Assembly (NCBI GenBank): GCA_051362555.1
Contig: CM120642.1
Coordinates: 11,346,001 to 11,410,000 of the forward strand
DNA length: 64,000 nt
Origin: Lingula anatina
Lineage: Eukaryota > Animalia > Brachiopoda
Direction: 5' to 3'
The position numbers and the translations under genes are program-made. Positions 25,850 to 39,072 of the stretch are shown in pieces. Every line of letters begins with the position of its first letter. Position 1 is the first letter of the stretch. Under the pieces are notes generated by a model, which searched no databases, was not told the DNA's origin, and saw nothing but the letters and a program-made list of their open reading frames with translations.

Positions 25850-26813
25850 ATGGACTTTAAAAAACTTGCGGCGGATGCTTCTACTGTCTTTAATCGTGCC
25901 GTGCAGGTAACAAATGCAATTTGTATAACAAGGAATTCTAGAATTTAAACATATATGTTTTAACGCCTACGCTGTAATACAAAGCTTTATTTTGTTTGAC
26001 AATATTTCTAACAACTTTCTTCCAGCAACATTTGACGTTTTGGCGATTTGTCATTGTCAAGTAGAAAGCACTTGCATAGAGTTGGTGTGTTTTCTTTTAA
26101 ATGTAACAAAATTCATTTAAAGATTTTTAGGCAAGCGATTTGTTGTGATATGGAATTTAACTTAGATCTACACAAGTTTGAGAAACATCTCATTCCCCTG
26201 GCGTGTAGTGGCCTCGTGTACAGTTGGGTGTGACTGAAATGCGCAATACACTGCAATACAGTGCAACACAGCGCAATACACTTCATAACACAAGTCCAGT
26301 TGCAAGTAAACACAGGAAAGTGTAATCTCAAATAAAATAGGGTGATATAAAAGCAAAACATAGTACATAGTAATTAATATTACTGATCTAACTTGACAAT
26401 GTTTTCATTGTTTGGTCAGTCGCCATGTTGGCGAGTAGCTCTTCTTGGCCAGTAATATATCCAAGAAAAGCCACTCGCCAACATGGCTGCCAACGGGACA
26501 ATATAAAAGTCTTGCTGATTGGTTAAGTTATATCAACGATAGGTTGTTTTTATACCACCCTGCTTTGCTGGAAATGGTCATTTCTTTTGTGTAATTGCAA
26601 CTGGATTTGATTTTTGAAGTGTATTGAACTGTGTTGCGCTGTATTGCGCTGTATTGCGCATTTCAGTCACACCGTGTACAGTTTCACTTACGATAATTTG
26701 TTTGACATATTTAGTAAATAGAGAAATAAAGTTGCCTGGGGGAGGGGACCGGGGGTAATTTTCATATCCTTTAAAAAACATCCCCGAAAGCTGGAAAAAC
26801 GTGCTACAGATAC

Positions 26814-26861
<48 letters not shown>

Positions 26862-29800
26862 CATTGTATTATTGAAAATGAAATTGTTGTATTTCAGTCT
26901 GTTCTCATACTAAAATATGCTACACAGCACAGTACACTAGGAAAAAAACTCTGTACCCAAGTAAACATGACAAAAATAGCTCTGGGCAAGACAATAGGAT
27001 AATATAAAAGAAAAGTATACTAGAAAGTATTTTATATTGCTGGTCCAACTTAACAAATCAGTATGATGTGTCTATATATGACAGATCTATCATCAACCAT
27101 ATTGCCAAGAAGTGCTACTACATGTAGATTTGTTTACTTTGATCTTTAAACATTTTACCCGAGCAGCAATCAAATTTACATTAAATGTTAATTTTAATTT
27201 GTATTTAAATGAGTGAATAAACTCTCATCTTACTTCCATCACTATCTTCAGAGTTGCTTGCATTTCAAAACTTTGTCAGGATGGTGTATGGCTAGTTTGC
27301 CTGGAAGTGATAAATTGGATTACTTATGGCATTTATCTTTTATAGATAATAAAAAAAGTATTACTTGTGCTTATATAAGTTACAGAATAAGTTATTAATG
27401 TACTTTTAAGTTTAATTTTAGGTGTTTAATAACTTGCGATACCCTTTGTCCCTTTTATTTTACAGTCCAAGAACTGCTAAGAATTTGTAAAGCCTTTTGC
27501 AGTTTGTATTCTAGGCAACAGACTGGTTAACTACAAAGAAACTGGCCCTTTATAGTATTGATTTTTCACTCGTGTGTATTGAACAGTTTTTTTTTAATTT
27601 GTGTTCATTGATGTTGAAGTCAAAAAGAAAAAGGAGAGACAGATACAGCAGTATGCTTAATAACAATGCAAAAACTATAGTTTTCCACTAATCAACTACT
27701 ACAAAAACAATATAATGTAGGTGCAGTACCCCAATATAATCCTTTGCTGGCAAGACATTGCTTCTTCAAGGTGAAGATTATTAATTCATCAGAAAATATT
27801 ACGTTCAAATCTTCTGAGTACAAGCCAGTGGAAATCTGTCACAAATAAGAGTGTCACAGCACTGCATAATGCCAGACAAAAATAGAATACTTGTAAGAAT
27901 CTTATCATGTGAAGGGGAGTTAACCCCAAGAAATATGGGCAAAACTCTCTCTGCAGAGAATTTCATCTTAGAAATCAATATAAAAATAACAAAACATGAA
28001 TAATACATATACTGTTGTGCAAAAGACAGCAATTCTACAAAACCAGCCAGAAAAATATATATATTGTGGATAAATTTTGCTAGCTTTTATTTGTTAAAAT
28101 AGTTGTAAGAATTATTGAAGAAGAAATTGCTAAGTTTCAGTTGATGCATAATGCACTCGAGTGAAAATGATTGTTACTGCATATTTCATTGCCTGTTAAA
28201 TTAGTCTGTGTTTTCACCAGATATGCTTTCAACATTTTTTTTTATCTTTTGTTAAATTATTTTTTCACCTTACTGTATTTCATTTTTGGATTTGGTGAAG
28301 TAAGTGACCCTAAATACCTTTATCCTGTTTTTCATTCCAACAACTGTCCATAGTATTTCAGCTGGAAAATTTTAAAAGGGGTGAAACAATGGTAGGCAGA
28401 TGATGTCTTATACTAAAAAGAAATGTCATATCACTGGGTTAAAGTGTTATTTTAGTGTCCAATAAGAATATAGTAATAACTTCTTTTTGTATTCATTTTA
28501 GTTTACTGAAGAAAAGTTTGGCCATGCGGAAAAGACTGAACTAGATGCTCACTTTGAGAACTTAATGCAAAGAGCTGATACTACCAGAATCAACACAGAG
28601 AAAATACTTGGTGCTACTGAGAGTGTCCTGCAGCCAAACCCAAGTAAGAGTTCACAGTAGTCTAGAATATCAACAGAATGTTTTTCACAATAAATATATT
28701 TTGCATTTTGTAAATGTGAGTTGGAATGATACAAATGTCTTCACAAAATTATATGCATCTTTCATCTTGAAATTTTGGATAAGCCAGTGGTTTTCTTTTT
28801 TAACTGTGGATGCTATGAGTGTATTATCCCAAACACCAACTGTTTACATAAGATTTTTTTCTCCAGACACTTTTTTCTAATCATTAGAAAATGTGTGGTT
28901 TTTATTATGTACAGACACAGATGTGTCTGTACATATTGCCATCACCTGCGTCTGTCGTCGCCGTCGCCGTCCCTGTCGCCGTCGATGTCGCCGTCGCCGT
29001 CGCCGTCGCCGTGCACTTTCATCGTTAACACAATAAGTGGAAGACAGTTTTACTTTTTGGCTTTATATTTACAGAGCTGATGAATATTCATAAAACGCAG
29101 GTCAAGTTCGAAAATCAGCATGTTTGGGCAATTATTGTAGTATTTATGCTGTGTTTTCACTTTTTAGCATATATGCAACACTGTTAACACATTTCAAGGA
29201 AAACCGATAGACCTGTTGTCATGAAACTCACAGGAGTAATTAATCTTTCTAAAACGCAGATCAAGTTCGAAAATCGGCATGATCGGGCCACTATTTTAGT
29301 AGTTATGCTGTTTTTTTCACTTTTCAGCATATGTGCAACACTGTTAACACATTTCAAGGAAAACCGATAGACCTGTTGTCATGAAACTCACAGGAGTAAT
29401 TAATCTTACTAAAATGCAGGTCAAGTTCGAAAATCAGCATAATCAGGCCATTATTTTATAAGTTATGCTGTTTTTAAACATTTCCTCAGATTCAATTCTT
29501 AGGCATGTTAACAGTCTCATTATTTAACTAATAAGATTTGTAAAAGTGTTTGTTTGACATTTCCTGCATCTTTACAACATTGTTAGTTGATTTTGTAAAA
29601 ATGATGGTAAACTTGTTATTGTGTATTGTGTAATAAAGTTTCAAAAATGGAAATAAACTCATATCATTGCAGTTTGTAAGATTCAATCATTCACTATGTT
29701 CAGAAACTCAGAATGGAGGAAATTGGACTTTTGACACTGTTCTATTGATATTTTTCACATCTCATCAATTTTCTTAGTTGATCATATAAAAATGGCAGTG

Positions 29801-30952
29801 AACTGTTAATTTTGTTTTATGTTAAAAAAGTGTTAAAAATGGAAATAAACCCATTTCAGAATAGTGCTGTCTTGTTTACATTTTGGCATTTTCAAGTTGT
29901 GACTTTGAAGTTCCATGGGCCTGAAGACCTTTGCTAGTCAAATTTTCTGAATATCCATAATACTAATATTTTATTATTAAAAATTGATGGTCATTATGCT
30001 GTTAAACGTTATGTAATATTGCATCAAAATTTGGAAAAAAATATTTTGGGCACTGCTCCCATGATGACCATTTAAGAAAAATCATGTCACTTACTGTTCT
30101 CAAACTTACAGGAAAGAAACATGGGACTAAAATACAGCTTCAGTAGGCAATGCAGTCTGTTTGGTAATTCTTTCTGCTAGTTAAACATTTTTTTTTTTTT
30201 TAATGAAAATTTAATTTTTCACATATTGGCATTTTCAAGGTGTGACTTTGAAGTTCCATGGGCTTGAAGACCCATGCTAGTCACATTTTCTGAAAATCCA
30301 TGATACGTATATTTTATTATTAAAAATTGACGGTCATTATGCTGTTAACCATTATGTAATATTGCATCAGAATAGAAGAAAACACAATTTTGGGTGCTGC
30401 TGCCATAATGACCATTATGGGAAAACCATGTTAGTGATGATTGCCAAATGTTCAAAAAAGAAATACAGGACTAAAATGCAGCCTGAGTTGGAAAAGCAGT
30501 CTAATTGGCTTCTTTTTCTGGAAGTTATACATTTTCAAAGTGTGAACTTGAAATGCCATGGGCCTGAAGCCTTATGTTTGTTACACATTTTACTTACATT
30601 GGTATTACCTGTTGAGCATAATTAAAATTTGATGTTGAATTTGCAGTTTAACATAATGTACTTTTGCATCAGAATTGACAGTAGCCTATTTTGTGCATAG
30701 TTATTTCCTGCTTTTTGTCTGTACATTTGACAGCTTTGCTGCCTTGTTGTTTACCCCACATTGCAAGAGATAATAAGTCTTAACAATTGTTTTCTACAGA
30801 TGCTCGTGTGGAGGATTTTCTCTATGACAAATTAGACCGTAAGAAAAGAGAACGTCAAAACAACTTGGAAAGATTAGGTCAGTTTATGGTGGATGCTGGC
30901 AACGACTTTGGTCCAGGGACTTCATATGGTAAGTAAGCTGATGTGTGTGTGT

Positions 30953-30983
<31 letters not shown>

Positions 30984-31867
30984 GGGCTTTTTTACTGTCT
31001 GGAAGTGTTTTGTTTCTGTGTTGCAAAAAATATTTAAAATAACACAACTGAAATTGCTAATAGGACTCTCTGATAAATATTTTCACAGTATTCAATTTCC
31101 ATTGAACATTGCAGCTCTTGTTGCATTAAAAGTTAGTCATGCATAAAACAGATCATCTTCAAGTCTTTGAATTAATCAAAATCTTGAAGGTGGCGATGCT
31201 GAAAAATAATCAATGCAACATGTTCCAGAATTTTCCTAGAACTCATGAATGCATCATGGTATTAAAGTGGCTTCATTGATTGAATGATTCTATTTCAAAA
31301 CATCTTAATTCTTTGGGCAGTGCATTATATGATTGTGACCATAATGTCTTCAGTAAACCTTTTTGCCTCATCTATTCCTACAGCTATTAATATAGATATA
31401 CTTAAAATGTGGTACAATTGCCCATTTTCCAACACATTTTTATGGATCAAGAACAGAATCTGATGTAAATATATCACCGAGAGTAAAAGATATAATCAAG
31501 GGAATGGCAGTGTGAAGTGAGACCTTGAGACTATGAAACGGGAATTGATATATAAGTTCATCAGAAAAGGGGCACTATTGTAATTAATATACAAATTTGT
31601 GGAAAAGTACCTTTAATAACTGACATTCTGACTGTGAAATTTACCTAAGGCAAGTGCTATACTTTCAGTTCGACTTCTTATTCCTCGTTATTTCATTAGA
31701 AAACTGATAGCAGACTGTGTCACCCGAGGAATTGTATTCTTCTGTTTAGATTAAGTGGGTATCAGATTATTTTTTATCTCATGGCTTTATCTATATGAAA
31801 TCAACCATTACTTTAATATCATTCCTCTCCTTTCAAATTTCCGATATTAATTTGGTTCATTTGCACT

Positions 31868-31959
<92 letters not shown>

Positions 31960-34900
31960 GTAATAACTGCAAATGAAACCAAATATATATATATAAAACC
32001 ATGCTCCTCATACCTCTCAGCACTATGTAACACAACATATTAAGTGACATTTTTAATTCTGTGGAAAAAAAATTATTATACAGATGATTTGCAACAATAA
32101 GATGATAGGCATGATTCAGTATTAAATTATTCATGACAGTTTGAATATATACTTGTGCATCATACATTCTATATTTTCTTCAGGTAAAGGTCTTATATTA
32201 CATAAACATAACGTCCTGTTTCAGTTTTCTGTCACAGTTACTGACTCACATTGAATTGACCTTTTTGAAAATTAAAGTATTTTATTAGTCCTTTTGTGGA
32301 AGGTTATATTTTTTTTATTCATATGCTTTGTGTTGCATTAAAAAGAGGCCAGGTTTTGGTTTTTTCCTTTCATGAAAGTGAATGCATTACTTGGTTCTTA
32401 TTTATACTGACCTTATGCTAAAAAGTAAGGCAAAATCTAGACATATCCAGAGTAACAGTTTTGTGTTCATCTTTGTGTTCATTATAAGATTAATGACGTA
32501 CAAGAAAGTTTAATGAAGATAATGAGCACAACTAAGATTTCATCTTGGCACAGTCTGGTTTGTTAACAGAACCATAAGACACATATTAAATTATACACCG
32601 CTCAGAGGAATGGCTGTTTCCTGTTTAAATCATCATGTTTGTTCAGAGAATCGATACTGTAATGTAATTCCCAAGTCATGAGGCTTGCCCAAGCCAGGAA
32701 ATGTGCTCTGTGAAATGGGTTGTTCAGACAGAAAGCGATGGAGGTATAATCAATATCCTCTCATCTAGACCAGATAATACCATGAAACAGTAATAAACAT
32801 CTTTCTGCCTACTTTAAATGTTGATACATTGTTTTTGGTTTTTTTTTTTTTTTTTCCAAGTCACTTAGGTGAGATGTGTATTTTTTATTGAGTCCTGATG
32901 GTGAAACAACTCAGTTACCAAGTCGTGATGTTGAAACAACTAAGCTGTTGAGTCATTGAATAGTCATTTGAAGCAGGTAACTGACTGTCTATAGCAAAAG
33001 ATAAAAAAGGTTTTTCTTTTGTTTAAATATAGTCATATTTATGAAATTATTATAATTCTTCAATATCATTTCTTTAAGAAGGATATAAATGCAGCATGTC
33101 TGCATTTTTAAAAAAGATGCAAGTGCCCACAAGAGTAGTCTATAAAAATTTTTGTCTTCATCCAGATATGTTCTAATTCCTAAGCTTGAAGTAAAGGTCC
33201 AGAGTGTATATCATTGGTATAAATTTTGTAGAGGACAGAACTAATGATTTTCCTATGAAGTGAAGTACAAAAAAAGTACAAAGCACCAGAGTTTCATTAG
33301 AAAGCTGTCATAAATGAGACTAATACTGTTAATGGGCCTTTTTTCATACACCCAACTCTTTACTTGCAGTAAGTTTCAATATTTCAGTGAATGTTTATTT
33401 AATAGGTACTGTTTATCTGGAACTGTTCAAATGTCAGATTCTCTACAGACATCATTAAATTGAGTTTCTCAGAAATAGCCAAAGAGAATTGATAGAAGAA
33501 GGCCTACGCAAGTTTAGAATGCAGGATGTCAGTGACTATTGATTTCTTGGAAAATCCCAGTGAAGTGATGGTTCCATGAGATTTTCATGAAAAGCCTGAG
33601 TGCCTGTTTTATGCCTCATCCTGTTTTGTTAAGAACTCCATTTTGTTTGTGTGTAAAATTGCCAATTATTTATGACCATAAAAAATTCAGTATACTTAGG
33701 ATAGACTTAGGATAGACAAATATATATGTCATTGTTTTTATGAAGAACAATATAAGTTCACTTGAAAAGATTGATTTGGAAACTTACATCATTTCTCTGG
33801 CTGGAACAATTGTCACACATAGAACATTATTGTTAACAGACAACTTATAAATAAATTCATATTTAATTGAATACCAGCTACTTCATTTCTATAGTACAGA
33901 AATTATTGGTACATGAAGTGAAATACTCTGGAATAATTTGATTAGTTGTGTCTAGAATTTAGTTTAAAGTCATCTTGAAAGGTTTTCAATTGCTATAATA
34001 TTGATCTGTAGATGTATCTTCTTGCAGACCTCCCTCATCAAGCATAGATTTTATCTGCATGATAGTTTCTGAAGTGGTTATGTTTGAGCATGGAACAGAC
34101 AACTCCTTTTTTCTTTTGGATATTTTATATTCAAGCCCCACTGAGGGAAAATGGATGGATCTTTTTCCAAAGTTAGACAAATGAAAATGGTTTATATAAA
34201 ATAAAAATGGAGGGAGGGAGTAAGGAATTCAAAAGTTAGTTTTGGTCACTCTGGAGAAATTTGGCGTTCTGTCAAATAACTAAATTTTCAATAAGGATTA
34301 AAATGCATTCCTTTTACAAGTAGATAAATCCTTTTTTCAGGTTATATTTAACACTTGTATGTGAAATATGTGGTAGACCTCAAGTTTTCTTGTTCTCTGC
34401 AAGTGAGGCTCACTTGTTTAAATATGGTTTTCACTAGATGTAGAAGAAATGTAACAATATGCAACTAAATAAAAATATTCACTGGACTTCACACCAATCT
34501 TGAACAATACCAATCTCAGACTTTTGAACAATGCAAGCTTGTTTTTGAACTGGTGTGTTTTTATGTTTCAGTGTCATATTTTATTATTCTGTCATTTCTA
34601 GGGAACTCACTGGTGAAATGTGGTCAAACACAACAGCGTCTTGGCCAGGCTGAGAAGGATTTTGTGTCCACTTCTGCCAACAACTTCCTGACACCACTGA
34701 AGAACTTCCTAGAGGGAGACATGAAAACTATTCAGGTTAGATTCAATAAATTACATTTATTTTCAACTTAATAATAGCTGACAGAATTAAAACATCGTTA
34801 CTATCTACTCAAATTGAGCACTGCTGACTGCGTCCAAACATCCAAACACTTCTTGTATCTTTTACAGTTGTCTGGAAGACTATAGAGATGGAAAAACAAC

Positions 34901-37900
34901 CAACTCCATCACAATTTGCTCAAAGTTCTCACTGGAAAGATATCACATCTAACATGACTGAAACACTATTTGACAGAATTTCATACCAGAAGAAAAGAAA
35001 GTAAAATGTTATTGTATATCTGTTCTTTTGCAGAAAGAACGCAAGTTACTGGAAACCAAAAGATTGGACCTGGATGCCGCCAAGAGTCGTGTTAGGAAAG
35101 CAAGGTCCCAAGCTGCTCAACAGCAGGTTAGTATCAGCAGGAACAAGATGATGACAGTCTTGGGGGGAGGGGGGTAATAAACACTGAGTTATCTAAAGAA
35201 AAAACTGAAGGGGGTGAATTTTAAGTGGTCAGCATCTGTAACTCTGTATATCTTACCCATTATTTGTGAAGTCTCTGTCAGTTACCCTTAACGCTGGTTG
35301 TTAAGTATGGTTGTTGAATATTGTATTCATATTGCTGTGCTGCCTGCTGTTAAGATGCATGAACACGAGGCAGTTGTTTGAGTTGAAATATCTAACATCA
35401 ATATTGCAAAATATTGTCTTGCAAGTATTACTGATTTTTTAATTAAAAAGGTTTATCTGTTTGGTTGAGGATTTTTTTATGTATATAATTTAAACTTGCA
35501 CATCTTTTGATAGATATCAAGGTTAGGTTAGTCTTGGTTATTAAAATGTGTTCAGGTTTGACAACCATAGTCGATTAATTAGGCTATATTTGTGTTTGGT
35601 TTTCCTGTATACAATTGTTACCTGAAATGATATATAAAGATTATATGAAATTGTGGAAAAATTATTGTTCAAATTTTTATTTTATTTATTTAATTATTTA
35701 TTTATTTAATTTGTTTTGTTTTGATTACATGTAGGTTCCTGTTTTCTTGGGAGTGGTTTTGAAAAATGTAGCTTTTTTAACATGGGAAGTTTAAGTAGTA
35801 AAGTCGGCTTGAATTAATTAGCCCATAATTTTTCTTCTTAAGTTAAACATTTGATTTGGAGTGTTTAACTTTTTATGATATTTCCTTTCTTATCAATTTC
35901 GGTGTGTGAATGTTCAGCTGTTTTCAGAGCTTTTTCTGCATGCAGCCATCCTTTTACTTATTTCTTTATGTTAGATTTGTAGCTAATCCTCAGCATATCT
36001 TAAAATATCATGGAACACCTAGCATTTTCCAATATTATCACAACTAATGCAATCACAGCATAGCTAACAGGAACACAGAACAACTAACACAATCTTATCC
36101 TAGCACAGCTAAATTGATCACGTATAGCACACTTTTGACTTATACTAGGGAAAAAAACCCATAGTGCCATAGATTCTTTACAGAGTTTATTTATTTATTT
36201 ATTTATTTGTTTGTTTATTTTTCCATACAAAATGTGATCATTGTAATGGGTATATATATTTATATAAGGGCAAAAAATTACTGACTTCATAAAATGTTGC
36301 TAATGACTGTCTATTTCTGCTCTTTCTTCCAGTTTAATCCCAATATGACTCCTCAGGTGTGCTTTGTATGTGGCTTGTAATGTGCACTCCCCTCTTTTAT
36401 CATGTACTGTTTGATACCAGTGTATATTCATATAGATGTATATTCACATACATTTGCTGCTCATGTATATGAAGCAGATTATTTTAAAAATTGTTAAGAA
36501 CTCTTTACTACTTTCTGGTGTTGGTATACAAACGTGTCAGTGTGTAAAATGCCCTGGAAAGTTCTTTGAGGCCTTTTCCAAATAACACTATTAATAGAGC
36601 TGTATAAAGCTGGAACTGTCTGCGCTTCTCATTTATTATTTATTCTGTTTCAATATATTGTTTACAGTCTAGATGGTTATTGGATTATCATACCAGGGGC
36701 CAAAAATAAAATGCTGATCCAAATTGATTTACTATTAGGGTAAATCTTATTTAATTCTGTCTGATACAGGAGGGCATTGGAATCTGATTTATGTAATAGA
36801 TTTCTTGGTAAGCTAACCCTGATATAAAAAATGGACAAAAAATTGTGAATCAATTTCTGGCTTTTTTCACTCAGGATATTTAAACTTTATGTAAGAATGT
36901 TCGTAAGAAGGAATAACCTCAATTAAACATGAAGTAAAGATTTTTTTAAATATTTAACTTAAAGATTTTGTTGCTTCTGATTTTTTTTTTATTTTTTTTT
37001 TAGTAAAGTATGTTATTCAGTCCAAGTGACTCTCATTACTTTAAACTAAATTAATGTTATTTCCTGGTATCAGACAGTACTCTTTTAATGTATAAATGCA
37101 TGTTAACATGTAGGAAGATACTTGTGTGTCAGGAATAGTGTATTATTATATTTATTTATTTATTTATTTATTTAATTGACAAGTGCTATGTATTTTTAAG
37201 TTTCTGTTAGGTTGTTGACACCATGAAGCCGTGATATTTCACTTTGGATAGTGCATTTATTTGCGATTTTAGGTTCTGTTACTTGAAGTGTTCTGTGTAT
37301 GATTTGGTTTAATGCTGAAAATTATATTTGGCTATTGATTTAAGAAATCCTGTTTCCCCCAAGAGTTTGTTTTTGAAAATACAGAATATGTTTTTATGCA
37401 CTCTTTCTTGTTTTGTTAGATGTAGAAAGTTTTGTCTGTGACCAGTCAGCTTTATGTTGCGTATTCACAGAAAATTGTTTGTTAACAAGTGTTAAATTGA
37501 AAATGTGCATGTTAATTAACAGTCAACCTCAGTAATGCTTTGCTGAATAAATACCCAAAAATACTAAAAAAAAAAAAAGAGCTTGAATTAATAGGCAAAC
37601 TGCATATTACATCCTTGAACAAATATCATGACAGATTATCATTAAGAGCATATCTTATCATTAAGTTTTGTATATTAATGCCACAAAGGATGCAGAGGAT
37701 ATGTTGGTCAAAGTAAGTTTTTTTCTACATGTAGTTAAAAGTAAAAACAATAACTGTATTCTCTTTATTTTTTGAAGAAAGAGTTTTGAACATTTTCCAA
37801 AACTGATGAGCTCAAATTATGTTCTAAGATGTAGAAATTGGAATACGCTATGAATTGTCTAATGATTATGTACATAGCCCTTTTGGGGCCCAAAGTCACA

Positions 37901-39041
37901 GGTGAAATCAGGTTATGCTTTAAAAGTTTCATTAGTTTAGCAGATAGTAGAAGAATCAGGTTATTATTTTTAATTTTCTACTCTAGTGCTACATATTTGA
38001 AATTATCAGTAGCTTGTTGTGGAAGTCTCCTTTCAAGGAGCATTGAGATAAATATCATTATAAGATAAAAAGGACAAGCATCTTCAATGCACATCAGGGT
38101 TACATGCACATTTTTAGCATGAAGGCTGGCAGTGTCACATATCCACACAATATAAAATATGGCTTACACATTAGAATTGCTGTTGGTCTTGGTTATTTTC
38201 TGTTTTCATTAAGCTGGCTTGTGCTTCTATGCATATTACATGTTTTCCCAAATAGTGCTAAAGTACTTAATTTTCATTTAGATTTTGATTGCAACAACAA
38301 CACTTTCTAGTAATAAAGAGAAGGGTTGGGTAAAGTAAAAAAAAAAAAGAGGACCAAATGAAAAATATTCCTTCCCCATATTTTGTATTTTTTTTCAATA
38401 TCTCATATATAACTTGGCATTCTTACCAAGAATTCTATAAAGTCTAGCTGCCCAACAATCAGAAGTTTCTGACTTGCCTACCTCAATTTTTGTGCTACTA
38501 TCATTTAACTCTAAAGCGTTTTTATTCAGTTTGGTCAGGTTGGTCATCTTTTTTGCCCCTTTTATTTTCAAAATCCTATGTTATTTGCTTAGTTGATCAA
38601 ATTCCTTTAATTTTGTGCCTAAATTATTTGTTGTCAAGTCTACTGAGTACATTTTTGTTTGACACAATTGTCACTCTTTGCCAGGTTATATTTGCCTGTT
38701 TTTTCTTCCCTGTTTGGAAGCTAATGTGGTTTCCATTATATTTCCTTCTGCAGCCTGGTTTGATAGAGTCATGCTTTCCACCTGTCCCTCCTCTCCGCAA
38801 ATCTCCAGAGCGAGAAGAGCTTGACCACAGGATCAGTGTGGAACAGGTCAGATACTCACCACTAGGGGGACACGGGCATGGGGTGTAGCTTTTCTTGCAT
38901 TGGTTGTGGAAACTTGAATATAAGCTTTGTTATGCTTGAAACAACTAGTAACACAAAAAAAAAACTATCTGCACAGGCCTTTGTCTTGGAGAGCTGCACT
39001 GAATTTCATAACGTAAAATCTTTGTTTCGATAAAATATTAA

Positions 39042-39072
<31 letters not shown>

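Noticed and set aside
31795-32167. YIYIYI ORFs (also 51188-51442)
   Set aside because: Translations of (TA)n microsatellites.
37211-37230. Possible extra endophilin-B microexon (ag|GTTGTTGACACCATGAAGCC|gtgata)
   Set aside because: 20 nt, so frame-shifting, and the donor is weak.
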